This document shows positions 25,106 through 37,462 of a DNA stretch of 64,000 nt, one piece after another; position 1 is the first letter of the stretch; each line of letters opens with the position of its first letter. The position numbers and the translations under genes were made by a program. The notes under the pieces were generated by a model. That model was not told the DNA's origin, did not search any database, and saw only the letters and a program-made list of their open reading frames with translations. The stretch lies in the NCBI RefSeq assembly GCF_000143415.4, contig NW_003314274.1, forward strand, positions 62,001 to 126,000, read 5' to 3'. This stretch comes from Selaginella moellendorffii. Its lineage: Eukaryota; Plantae; Lycopodiophyta.

Positions 25106-26148
25106 ATGGAAGAGGAGGCAGTGACCGAGGAGGAGGCGGTCGCTCTCAAGCGATTCAAGGGCGTGATCCTGGCGCGGGGCTATCACTACCCGCAGCGCGG
25201 CGACGATCACACGCTCCTGCGCTTCCTCCGCGCCAGGGCGCTCGACATCCGCAAGGCCGCCCAGATCTACGGGGACTACGTCAAGTGGCGCCGCGATAAT
25301 CACATCGATTCCTTGCTCCAAGTGCGATCCAATCGATCGAGTCTTCCTTCCATGCATCGATTCATGCGCTGTGTGTTTTGTGACCTTCCAGACATTCGCA
25401 TTCCCGGAGCTGGATGCTGTCTTGGCAGCTTGGCCGCAAAACTGGCACAAGACTGATAGATTTGGCCGACCGATCAACATCCAGCTAATCTCGAGGTACT
25501 TGAAAGAGTTTCTACTTTTGAGAGAGAAAAAAGAAAGAGAAGAGATGATCAATCACCATAGCTAAGATCTTTCTCTTCTTCTAGATTGAGAATCCAGGAG
25601 GTGTTCCACGCTACCACCGAGGAGAGACTTTTGAAGAGAGCTCTTTGGGTGTGGGAAGAGCTCCACGAAGTGAAGCTACCGGCGTGTTCTAAAGCCGCTG
25701 GCCACCAAGTTGGCCGCGCTACAATCATCGTGGATCTCAAAGATATCGTAAGCACACACATTGGTTATATATGATCGATCGATTGATACCTTTGCTTGCT
25801 GTGACACAGCCTTTGGGAACTCTCACCAATGCTCATGGACGCCGGGTGCTGATCAAGATGGCTCAAATCTTCTCGCGCTACTATCCCGAGTACCTCGGCC
25901 GACTCATCATCGTCAATGCTCCGGCCGCTTTCAAGGTGCTGTGGGAGATCCTCTTGCCTTTCATCGATGCTCCAACGCAAAAGAGAATTGGGATCCACAG
26001 GGGGAACGGGCTGGCCGATTTGCTCAGCGTGGTCGCGCCAGAGAACCTCCCTTGCTTTCTCGGTGGCTCTTGCAAGTGTCCCCAAGGCTGCGAGAACTCT
26101 TTAACCGGACCATGGAGCGACAAAGTTGACGCTCAACAGCGAATGTAA
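25106..26148 (+). CDS. Sec14/CRAL-TRIO lipid-transfer protein
   Basis: DDHTLLRFLRAR, HKTDRFGRPI, IIVDLK, YYPEYLGRLIIVNAP and ENLPCFLGGSC across short introns. Confidence 0.92.
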
Positions 26149-26313
26149 ACAACGAGATGAAAAGATTTTTTTGAGAAATCCGAGTTGCAAAGAAACTCAC
26201 AGCAGGGCTTTCGCAATCATCCAGCCTCGGAGCTTCACACCGCTCGTCTCGTCCTGTACGTTTAGTAGCGGCTGGAAGAACTCCAAATGTAACAACGCAA
26301 ACCTTTGCTGTGA

Positions 26314-28399
26314 TCAAAGTAGCTCGTTGATGGGATTGACGGTGAGAAAGCCCGACATCATCTTGCCGCTCGTCATGCGCAGGCCATCGATGATACAGCT
26401 CCAAGTCGAGCCCAACGCGCCAATGAAAAAGTCCGACTCGGCTGCCATGAGCAAGTTTACGAAGGCGTTGTCAAAGTTACGTCTCTTGCCCAGTTGAGCC
26501 ATGTACGCGGCCATGCTTGTGCTCCCGGACTGCCTTGTGATGTTGGTGAAGTAGAAGTTCCAGTCCGTGTAGCTCCGGCTTTCCTCCACAACGTTCTGTC
26601 CAGCACAAACACTACACTTACTGCATCAAACTATATGAATGTAAATTACCTCCATTTCTGTGGAGAGCCATATGCCTCGGACGTGAGGAAACGCCCGCTT
26701 CAGATGCTCTGCGAGTTTCATGTACTCCGGAAACGCAAATACTCGCATTTCCGAGCCTTTGTCTCCTTGTCTAACGTGCATGCTTACAAGAGGCCGCGGA
26801 ATCCATGGTCCCAGACTACTCCACACCAGCTTTTCTATGGGTGTCCGCTCCGGCTGAGCGTACTGTACCTATATAGTAGAAAACGTTACGACACGCGGTA
26901 CTTGGCACACAAAACAAACCTCTGGCCATTCTCGTGGAATTAAATCCAAAGCTATCTGGGCGGCTTTAACTCCAAATGCATCGTGGCGAGCACGGTTGAG
27001 TAAATTACACAAGTTTTCGCTTGGAGACCGCATCAAGTATCGGAGAGCCTTCAGAGAAAACAAAAAAAAAAAAAAAGGACAGAAGATCAAGCCACGAAAA
27101 CGACGTACAAAAAATGATCAATAAATACCTGAGTCCTCCACCATCTTCGGTCTTGTGCTTTGTAGCCCGACAAAAGACTACCATCGAGTTCGACTGTCCG
27201 TTGTATCGATTCCCATGGTCTGCCCCAGGTGCTTCAAAAACGCAATAGGAAAATCAAAACGGGCTTTGAAAGACGAAAACAAAGATAGGTGAGAACACTC
27301 ACGTTGGAACCGGCACTTCCTTCCAAACGATAAATGGGGGATAGTTCTTGGTGCTCGTAAGTATTCCTTCTCGCCACGCAGACTTTAGCGTGGAAAGTTT
27401 TAATGCACGATCTATGCATTCGTTTGAAGCTTCTGCTGCAAAGTAGCACGACCACCGCGAATGGCTTGACCCTGCCCAGATAGCAGTTCTTTACATGACA
27501 CAAGGCACAGTATACGTACCAGTACATCCGCTGTGATTGGCTCCGTGGTAGTCTTTCGTTACTAAAACTCTTCCTTCTCGCAAGGCAACTGCCAGAAGTC
27601 CAGTCATTGCCACGAGCTCCGCACCAACACCAATTGAGCTCCTAGTCTTCTGGCTTTCCCAGTCTGCGAGGAGGAACTTTGCGCTGCTGCAATTTCGCGG
27701 ATGTTGATTGAGCCATATGTCGCGTTGTGCTCGTCGAGTTAAAGGAAGATTGTCCTCGTCACCACCTTGAATCTTCGAGATAGAGATCGACCTTTAGCTG
27801 GCTCCCAATCAAGAAAAAGTATAAGTAAGCTCTACTAACCCAAGGCGGGTACGGTCCTTGTAATCTGGCTTTGGTCGAGAGCATTTCTTCTCCATCGTCT
27901 TCAACAGATAAGCCCCCTCCCAGCTCTAGACCGAGCGCACCTTTCCAAAGTGTCCACAGGGGTCGCTTTCCATCGTGTTGGCGAGAGTCCAGCCTGGTGA
28001 AGTCTTCGCTACTTTTCTTACAGTCCTGAAAGTGAGGCGCTCTTGGTATATCCGATCCCGCGGCTCTAGCACCTTGATCCAAAGTCTTGCTCCAAAGATC
28101 TAGCAGAATTCTCACTCGATTGTCGTCGCTATGGATTTCACTGGTAGCATTATCTGTTCCTGATCAAATGCAGAAACAAGTCAGTACCAGCTCGAGTAAA
28201 GGTAATTCAGCACAGAAATACCAGCATAGATGACGGGAGCCAGAAATCCATAAGGAGCATACTTGTTCACGTTGTCAAACAAAATGATCATACACAGTAA
28301 GGTGATGATCATAAAGCACCAAGGACCTTGAAGCTCAACCGGCGGCCGCCTGGAAACCATCCCCGGAGACCTTGTAATGAGATTGAAAAAGTGATGCAT
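26314..28399 (-). CDS. GT23-like (alpha-1,6-fucosyltransferase-like) type II membrane protein
   Basis: N-terminal TM segment; PYPPWV; PRPLVSMHVRQGDKGSEM; VNLLMAAESDFFIGALGSTW. Start codon is approximate. Confidence 0.75.
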
Positions 28400-29217
28400 C
28401 GATGAAGCCCTCCAAAGGGTTGAACCACTTCATGCTGCTCGAAGTGAATCAGTCGTCGATCAAGCACCAGAATGCACGTAAAAGAAGACAACAGAAAGAA
28501 AACGCACAAGCTTCCTCAAATCTTGCCAAAATCTACGTTGCTTAAAACGTAAGAAGTCCCAGCAGCATAAAGAACGGTCACGAGCAAACACATGGAACGT
28601 TGTTAGACCTCAGGCTCCAAAAAGTTACGTACCAGCCGTTTAATGCATGTTGTTGCAGCTCGCGACCTCTCCAAGCGAAACCTGTAAAACTTCCCAAGCA
28701 GACAAAAGAAATAAACAAATCGGGAAGTGCTACAAAACAAAACGCAAGCACTGAACGTACCAAGGAGGTTTTGTGTCTCTAGGACTCTCCATCCCAAATC
28801 TGTCATAGCGCTCGCACCGACCTGGATAAGACCATTCGTGGCGTTGGTGTTTGGACGCATTTAGTTGTGGCAGTCAACAGATGTCGTCTGAAGAAAACTC
28901 CAAGTTGCTGATATTCTATTTGAAATTGCGAGTGAAGTCTCACTCGATCCTCGTCAGTCATGTTTTCAGCAGCTGCTTGCTTGAACTACACAAAACAGGA
29001 AACAAAAAAAAACTCAAAAGTAAACAAAGAAACGCGTTGATGTCTGGTGATTGAAATGAGCGCTACGTACCCACAATAAGGAGTACCAAAGATTCCCAGC
29101 TTTTCTGCTTTCTATGGAAATCAGATCGCGGAGGAAAGAAAAACTCGCACAAATCGAATCCATTTCATTGTCAAAGAAAAACCGGTAAGAACTGACAAAG
29201 AAAGTGCTGTGGAACAA

Positions 29218-29868
29218 TTACGTACCATAAGCCTTCAATGCATCGCCGGTGAGGCGACAAATCCTCCACTCGGGCAGCACGAGGGCCCCCATTTCCTGGT
29301 AAAACTTGATAGCATTCTCGTTCCAATCCAAAACGCACCACTCCACTCGGCCAAGCCCGCGGTTGGCAGCTTCCTTGGCAACTGTCCGGAGAAGAATTCT
29401 TCCAAGTCCTTGCCTTCTATACGGCTCCCTGACGAACAAGTCCTCGATGTAGAGACCCGGCTTGGCCAGGAAAGTGGAGTAATTCGGGAAGAACAGCACG
29501 AAGCCAGCCACGATCCTGCCGCTGTCGCTGGTGAAGAAATCCTTGTCTGGATCGGCTATTTCGGCGCCGATCTCCACTTCTGGAACAAAATTTCGATTGA
29601 ATGCCTGAGGATATTTCGGCCAAAACCACGCACCTTGAGAAGCCAGACAGTCTCCAGCAGCAGCATTGCTAGCGCTGGATCGCGAAATCTCAAGCAGCAG
29701 CACAGTGAGGCCCTGGAACGCCGGCGCGTTGAAGAGCGTCGACCGGTACTGCTCCTCGGTGCCAATGCAGGCGTCGGCCAGGCGCTCAAACTTCGCGAGC
29801 TGCGCGATCATGGACGCAATGTAGGGCACGTCCCGGGGCGACGCGATGCGCACAGACGCCATGGCCAT
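29218..29868 (-). CDS. GNAT acetyltransferase, NATA1/spermidine-thialysine N-acetyltransferase-like
   Basis: Intronless; FFPNYSTFLAKPGLYIEDLFVREPYRRQGLG and RVEWCVLDWNENAIKFY. Confidence 0.9.
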   Translation of the reverse strand: MAMASVRIASPRDVPYIASMIAQLAKFERLADACIGTEEQYRSTLFNAPAFQGLTVLLLEISRSSASNAAAGDCLASQGAWFWPKYPQAFNRNFVPEVEIGAEIADPDKDFFTSDSGRIVAGFVLFFPNYSTFLAKPGLYIEDLFVREPYRRQGLGRILLRTVAKEAANRGLGRVEWCVLDWNENAIKFYQEMGALVLPEWRICRLTGDALKAYGT

Positions 29869-30043
29869 AGCTGAGCTCCACAAAATTTTAGGGCTCTTCG
29901 CAATTTTAGGGTTTCTCGTTTAAAACATCCCCTTTAAAAAGTATCTTACACTATAAAGTAGCGAAGAGAAAGAGAAAAAGATTCTGTTTACACAGGAGAG
30001 AGAGGAGTGTGTGTGTGTGTGTGTGTTCTTCGTTATCGCAGCG

Positions 30044-33000
30044 CTAGCGCCACTTCGTGTAACCTCTGTAAACATCCCACCCAGTCTCTGGCTCCTTCCT
30101 CTTGATCGCCGCGGCCTGATGAAACACTCGCATTTGCTCGTCCAGCAATGGAATCCCGTAGTTTTGCCGAGCTTGATCCGGATGATGATCGCCCAAGTTC
30201 GCCGCCGCCGCTGCTGCTGCCGCCGCCGCCGCTACTGCTGGATCCGGTCCAGTGTTTAGATCCAAGCTCCTCCTTCCCCAACCTCCAGCCGAGCCAGACG
30301 AGGCGTCCACTGCTCCTCCTCCGGCGTGATCTCCCGGCATGAAGTAAGGTGGCTGCCGTCCAAAAGCTCCCGAGTTTGAGGTGATCGTCGAGAGCGATGG
30401 AGCTGGGATGGACGAGGACGCGACGTAAGGTGACGGAGCCACGAACGTCGCCGCCGCCGCGGAGAATGGGAAGCTCGAGTTGAAAGAGAAGCCTGGATAC
30501 GAGTAGAGCGCCGCTGCTGCCGCCGCTGCCGCTGCCGCTTGAGGATTTTGCTGGTAGCTTCCGAGAGCCGAGGATGATGGAACGCCGCCACCACCGCCAC
30601 CACCTCCGGCTGCTGCTGCTGCTGCCGCCGCTGCTGCTCGATACAAGTCCGTCGAGAAGGAGCCTCCATTCACGAAAGGATGCTGCTGCTGCTGCTGCTG
30701 CTGCTGGGTGGAGTAAGAAGCGCTTTGCTGATCGGTTCTTCCGGTGGTGGTGGCGCCACCGGCACTGGAAACTCCTGGATAGCCTGGAATCCCAGCTCCC
30801 GGAACTGAGGAGAACCACGAGACGTTGAGAAGCTCACCGCCTCCACCGTTGGCATTCATCACCGGGTTGCTGCTGCTGCTAGCTTTCGGCTTGGTGGTGA
30901 GGTTCCTGAAGAACATTTCCTCGCCGCCACCGTGACCACCGCCACCAACGCCAACAGCGGCGGGATGATCTTCGAAGGCCGGACCGTCGTTTAAGTCGAA
31001 GTTTCTCAGCGTTGAGGTGCTTGAGCTTGCTCCTCCCGGGGGCCTCAGGCGTAAAGAGCCGCCTTCTTCGCTCTCCTGGTTGAGATCCAAGGCCGCTGAC
31101 GCCGCCACCTTCTTCTCGGCTCCACCGGCGGAGGAAGTGTTGGGAAAGCCGGAGAGGAAGCTCCGGGCAGCAGCGGGAGCTGCATCCATCTCCGCCACCA
31201 TCCCGAAACCCGAGTCATCGCCTTCGGCTACGTTGAGATCGATGTCGAGGAAAGCTTTTCCTTTCTTTTCCGCTGGACGGAACGCGCTCGTTGCTGCCGA
31301 GCCTTTCCATCCGGCCGCGTCCTTACTGGCCTTCAAAGAGCTGGGAGGAATGAAAGTCCTGGTGGAAGCCATCACTGCTATAGGTGCCGATAGAGAGCTG
31401 AAAGGTGGTGGCGCCGGAAGAGGATTGGTCGGGAGTGGAGTAAACATCTGTCCTGAGGCTATTGCTGGTGGTGGAGAATCCTCCGCCGGGAAGCCTTCGT
31501 TTAAGTCGAACAAAGGCCTAGCACCCCCACCACCACTTTCGCCTCCTCCATTATCATCTTCGCCTAGAGCTTCCTCCATTGGAGTATCCTGTGCTGCTGC
31601 TGGTTGGAGTTCTTGCTGGTTCTCATCCGAGGTGATCATCGGCTCAGCGGTAGAAACTTTCCCACTCTCAGCTCCAGGCTGTGAGGCTGCCTGTTCTTCC
31701 GAAGCTCGCTGTTGCTGGCTCTCTTCCACCGCGTCGGTATCAGCACCGGCGCGTGGCTTTGCACCGCCATAGCCCTCCTCGATCTCTTTCGCCACCATCC
31801 TCGCCACCTCGAGAGGATCCTCCTCGGAACTCGGGCTCTCTCCAGCCTTAGCAGCAGCGTCCGACTTTGTAGTATCCGGCTTCTCGGCCGCGGGCTTCAC
31901 TTCCACAGGATTCCTCTCGGCGCCACGTCTCACTTCGTCCGCCGAAACATCATCCGATGTCCGTGAGCTCTGCCGCCTCAAGTTGTCCGTTTTCACTGGC
32001 TCTTGAGCTCCGCCATCCTTGACGTCACCGTTCTCCGGAGCGCTGGGTTTCTGTTGCTGCTCCGGCTTCTCGGCAGGACACGCAGCCGACGTCGTTGCTC
32101 CTAAGTTGTCGTGCTCCACGTTGATCTCCTCGGTGACTACGCTCCGTGCTGTCGACACTGTGACGCAGCTTCCATCACACTTTAGCATCTCATCGGCGGC
32201 CACAGTAGCCAGCAAGCTCATACCTCCGTCGACCACATTAGATGCGTTGTTCTCTCGAGCTGCTTTCTCCGAAGAAGCTTTCCTGGCCTCGGTTCGCTCG
32301 GTTTTCTCAGCCGCAGACTTGTCACCACCCCCTCCTCCACCTTTTGATTCGCTTCTGTGCCGCTTGTCCGAGCTGATCTCGTGGTGTTTGCTGGCCTTCC
32401 CATGACCGCCGGCACCCTCTCCTAAACCGGAAGAGCTACTCCTGTCCAGCACCTTGGGTGAAGATACCTTGGCGATTACCTGAGAGTCACCATTTGCTCG
32501 AGCTGGACTTTTGCCAGGATTTGGAAACCTCAGTAAAAAACGCTGGGGCGTGTCAGTGTCGCCAGGGGACTTCTCCGATCCAGCAGGCCTCTCGGCTGAG
32601 TTCGCGTTGGTCCTGCTCCACATCACAGACTTCCCCGAACCATTTTCCTTTTGAGCGGCAGCCGCGGAAGCATCAACTTTGGACGAGCGAGTCGACTTCG
32701 TTTTCACTTCCTCCTTGCAAGCCGATGTCACTGGAGCGCTCGACCACGCAGGACCGTAGTTCTGCGCATGGCTAGCACAGCTCTTCTCCTCCTTCAAGGA
32801 TAGACCCTGGATCTCGTTAGAACCGCTGTTGTTAGGCGAATTCTCCTTGGAGCTTGCAGTTGTACCAGACTTTGAAGTTGCGGAGCCAACTGATTTGGCC
32901 GGCGCCTCCGTGTTGGGCCCGTTCGACGAGGCAAACTTTGTCGAGCTCTTGGCATCCTTCGCGACCGGCTGGAGTGGATCATTCGCCGGGGCCTGCTTGC

Positions 33001-34462
33001 TCCCCATCTTCTCCCCGGATTGCTTCACCTCCGCCCCGACCCGCTTCTTCCACGTCTCCACCAACTTTCGTGCCTTCTTCTGGATCTCCACCATCCGGTG
33101 GCTCTTGAGATTGTTCACAGACTTCCCAACGTGACAGGACTTGAGAGCGTCGAGATCCACGGGCAACTTCTGGAGCGCTCGCAGCAAAGTCAGGAGCAAC
33201 TCGTCGAGCACCTTGTCCAGCTCCGCCGGGTGCCCGCAGTCGCTGCCACTCTTGCCTTTGTGAGCCTCCTGGAGCCAGTCGTCGAGCACGGCCAGGCCAC
33301 CGAGCTGGACGAGACGGTCGCGGCACTCCTGCTTATCAGTGGAAGCCACGACACCAGCTAGCATGATTCGTCGCGAAGCCACTTCCATCGGCTTCCGGAT
33401 GCCGTCATTACGATCTTGCTGCATCAAGCTCACAAGTTTCTCCACTCCTGCCAGGCTGCAGAGCCCACCATCCTTGTCAATAATGGAAGCGATCTCCTCC
33501 GGCTTTGTCGAGCTCTTGACGAAGCTCGACTCGGAGTCGTCGGCCTTGGCACGCTTGGGGGTGGCAGCGGCAGCGGCGTTGGTGTTGGTGGTGTTGCTAC
33601 TGGGCTCGTGACCGGAATCACTCCTCTCCCTCTTTTTGCCTTTGGAGCCGCCGACTGGAGTTTGCGGATGCTCCGAGTGAGAGAGAGCCAGTGCTCTTGG
33701 CGATCGAGCACCCGGCTGTTGTATAGCAGCTTGCATCTCCAATTTGGTCCTATTAAGTAACTGATCTACTTCTTCCTGATGCTCCTGGAAAAAAAAGAGA
33801 AACGAGAAGAGATCAGTGGAGTGACAAAGAAAAATCCAAACTTTACAAAGGAAAACGCCACACTCACATCTGTGTAGTCTCGATCCGTTAGCCACCATAA
33901 GCGCTTGTGTGAGGTATCATAAACTCGGCGGCAAACGAACGACGAAACTCCAGAGGGCAGCTCCACACCCTTGCGCAGGAAAGCAACTCGGCATGGATGA
34001 AGCAGCGATGCCGCCGGTGTATCATCCTTGTGGAACGAGTAGAAGATCTCGTTGGGCGCCGCGTCGATGGGAACTCCTCTAGCTAGCTTGATGTCCGCTG
34101 GACGGTAGAGCCAATTCACTTTAAGCCTTACAGTCGTATCCTTGTCTATCGTCACTTTGCGAAGGATCCCAATGAAAGGGGGCGCGTTCCCGGCCTGGAA
34201 AAGAGCGCACTCGCCAACTTCGATCTTTCGCCCGTCCTATAGAACCAAGAAAAAAATTAAAAAACAAGCCGAGCACGAATGATAGAGAGGAAGAACAAAA
34301 ATCTTGGAAGGAAAGAGCTACCTTCGTACAGTAGGAAGAAGATTTGTAGCTGGCGGAATCGATAGCAGCACTTCGAGGCGAGGAAGAAATCTTTCCTGGC
34401 AGAGGAGAGAATTTTTCCTTGCTATCGGCTGGCTGCCCATTTGCAACATGTTGCCCATGCAT
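30044..34462 (-). CDS. SUO: BAH + TFIIS-N domain protein, SUO-like (3 exons)
   Basis: MHG start; BAH (VNWLYRPADIKL..EIFYSFHKD..CRRVYD..LWWLTDRDY); TFIIS-N (LDDWLQEAHKGK..IQKKARKLVETWKKRV); multiple DLN EAR-like motifs; KGSAATSAFRPAE. Confidence 0.88.
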
Positions 34463-35809
34463 ATCATTGCCTACTACCACCGCAAATTCCAAGAAACCAG
34501 ACCCGGAGGATTGGCATAGCACAACGATCAAGCACGCGACTAAAAACTAGCGAGATTCAGAGAGATTTCGCCTAGATCTGTACAAGACTCGGGAAAATCG
34601 ATCTACTTTAGAAGGGATTCGTGAAGAAAAACACGCAGCCGCGACCGCTATGTCAAAAATGCGGAGCTGCGACAAAACCCTGGACAGGAACCACGATTTC
34701 TCCCCGAAATCCGATCGATTCACCCTCGCCGTAGCGATTGGGAGCCTTAGAGTGACCAGATCTTGCTCGCGCCAGTCGATGAGCGGCGATTTTTCTCACG
34801 ACGCCATACCGCCATAGCCACACACTATTACTCTCATCATCACAGAACTAAAAGCCCTTGCCATCCCGGCGCGTCTCCGCCGTTGGATTTCACCCATCCT
34901 GGCCGTCGGATACGCGGTCAGCTCGGGTTACTCCGCGGGCAGGTCGGACCGGTAGCTTCCCGGCAGCGGCGCAACGCCGGACTCCAAAGCTCGCGTCCAA
35001 GCCAATTAAGTCCGGAGAATTGTGGCCACATGGCCATCCCACAAGGCAGCCACGATTTGGCCATCACTTTTGTCCACCACATACGAGCCAATCAATATTT
35101 AATTTAATTTTCATCAACACATAGAACAATGCTGCTGCCGATCCATGGATCAATCGATTTTCTTTCGTTTTTGTTTTTCCCAACGGTACAAAAGACCATG
35201 GGATCCGTACGGGAGGCTATCATCGCCGCGATCCAACGGCTCCGCCGCGAGATACGGTGTTCAAGGCGCGTTCGCGCGTAAAAAATTTCGTGACGTATGG
35301 AATAAATCCCGACGATGTTGAATTACGGCGCGCCGGGGCCCAGTGGTTTTCAAACCATCTATGTCGACATGGGTCATAGGGGCGAAACCGGCCACGAGAT
35401 GAGCGGTCAGGATCGCGCCAGGATTCCAGCGTTATCCAGAGAACGGACGGCCAGGATGTCGCCCGCATTCTGCCCACAAATCGACAAGCAAAATTTGGAG
35501 TGATAGTGAGATCCCAATTCCCCCATCGCGAGTCGCAGCAGCAGTTTTTGATGGATCCATTCCATTAATTACGAGAGGCGCGCAGAGAAATAGCTGTGAT
35601 GCGATGCGCACTTGCATTTAGGGGGATGGAGATCTGGCGGCTTAAATTTAGGGTTCTTAAGAAATTGCGCGAGGGCGGGCGGCGGGCCAGCGAAGCCCAG
35701 GAGTGTTTTAAATGAAATCTGTTAGACATGGCTTTATTCGCCATCGATCGCTCCAGAAAATTGTTCGTGACAGATCATCGGTTGCTATGCCCAAATCTTC
35801 GATCGTATC

Positions 35810-35870
35810 AGAATGTGGGTGTTCTCTATTCATCCATCCAGAATGTGGGTGTTCTCTATTCATCCATCCA
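35810..35870 (+). repeat. Perfect 30-bp tandem duplication
   Basis: agaatgtgggtgttctctattcatccatcc occurs twice. Confidence 0.9.
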
Positions 35871-36288
35871 CGGATCGCTCGAAAACAATGCACCTGTGTT
35901 GTGATCAGTTCTAGGGTTCTTTTGGAAATAATGGTTCTTCTCTCGTGAACACGCTTTGTTCCCACTGATTAGCGACGAGGTTGAGAAAAAAAAACGAGCG
36001 ATAAAACTACAAGGAAAAAAATCAAACACCGTACCATGAAAATCAATCCCATCGGTGGGCATCCATTTGCCAGTGTAGCAGTGACTGATGCCCAGCCCAC
36101 TCACAAAGATATATATTCTTCTCTCCAGAAGCATAATGGAGGAATCAGCCTTAGCTTGCAAGACAGAATAACCAAAAGCTGTGATAGATCCCAAGAAAAC
36201 CAACCATGAACAACAACAAAGAGAAAACAAAAGGAACGGGAGAGCTGACAATCTTACCTGGTGCCTCGAAGATCACAGCCTCCTCGTT

Positions 36289-36923
36289 TCACTTCTTGGC
36301 GAGATTTGCCTCGAGCTTGCTGGAGTCGACGAGATATGCGAATCCATAGGACAAGTTCTTGATGGTCGAGTCGTGGAGGTCTTGCTCCTCGGTGGCGGTG
36401 GCGTCGGTGGAGAAGAAAACCCGGAATCCACGAACGAAAGCGTCACGGGCGGTGGTCTCGCAGCACAGATTCGTCATCACTCCCGTGACAATCACCTCCT
36501 TTCGACCGGACTTCCTGAGAAAATCTTCCAGATCGGTATTGTAGAAGCCGCTGTAGGTGCGCTTGTGGACAATCTTATCGCCCTCCCGTCGATCCACCTA
36601 AAGATCCACACCAATTGTGACTATTAGCTCCTCCCCCAGAATATTTCCTACTAGAGATCGATCCAGACCTCGGGAAGAAGCTCCGCCTCGGCAGTGCCAT
36701 CCAGAATGTTGCGATCCCACCACTCCCCCAGCATTCCATAATCCGAGGGATCCTTGTGCGAGTGGCGAGTGTGCACAACCGGGATCCCTGCCGCCCTAGC
36801 CGCGGCGATTGATCGATTCAGCGCCGGAAGGATCGGCTCCGCCATGCCGCGAAAGTACTCCTGGACATCGATCACAAGCAGCGCCGCTTGGGCTGGATCC
36901 GGCATTCTCGATCGCAAGCCCAT
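36289..36923 (-). CDS. Isochorismatase-family nicotinamidase (NIC2-like), 2 exons
   Basis: [18 protein letters not shown] and [16 protein letters not shown] (Asp-Lys-Cys triad). Confidence 0.9.
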
Positions 36924-37462
36924 CTCCGATAAACCCTAAAATTTGGCAAACCAATTTATCTGTTAGACTAATCTTCTGGTAGGTCCCAGGTTCGATTCCC
37001 GAGAGAAACCACTGTGGGGACTTTGTTTTAGCGCGCTGTCTGTCACGTCTCGCGTAAGCCCGAGAGAGAAAAGAGAGGAGCGAAGAAACAATAAAAAAAC
37101 TTCACGGGAAGATGGATCCACGGATCCAAACAAGCGAACGAGGAGGCGATCACAAAAAAACAGCTACCTTGACGACGCCAAAAAGGAAGGAAAGATGCCA
37201 CATTTGTCTCCCTCACTCTCCGTGTTGTCCATGATCTCATGCTTTTCAAGGTTCCACTCGGAGAAACTTTGGGACAAAGTGGCGCGTAAGTACTCCCGGA
37301 ATCCTTGACACGCACGGCTCTGTTTTCACTTCTCCTATTTCTTCGCTTTCGTTTTTTTTTTCTTCGTCCCGCCTTTGGCAACTTGCTAGCTGGAAACCAC
37401 TGCTTAGGCGGGCTTAGAAACTAGAAAAGAATGCAAAAACAAAACGCTTACCAGCTGAAACG

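Noticed and set aside
30200-30710. (GCT)n/(GCC)n runs
   Set aside because: Ordinary poly-Ala/Gln/Gly tracts within the SUO-like CDS.
34700-35700. Short ORFs and possible miRNA hairpin upstream of the SUO-like gene
   Set aside because: No extended foldback or known mature miRNA was recognised, and the ORFs lack motifs.
36975-37012. GGTCCCAGGTTCGATTCCC...ACCA resembling a tRNA T-arm
   Set aside because: No D-arm or acceptor-stem complement upstream, so it is at most an isolated B-box-like fragment.
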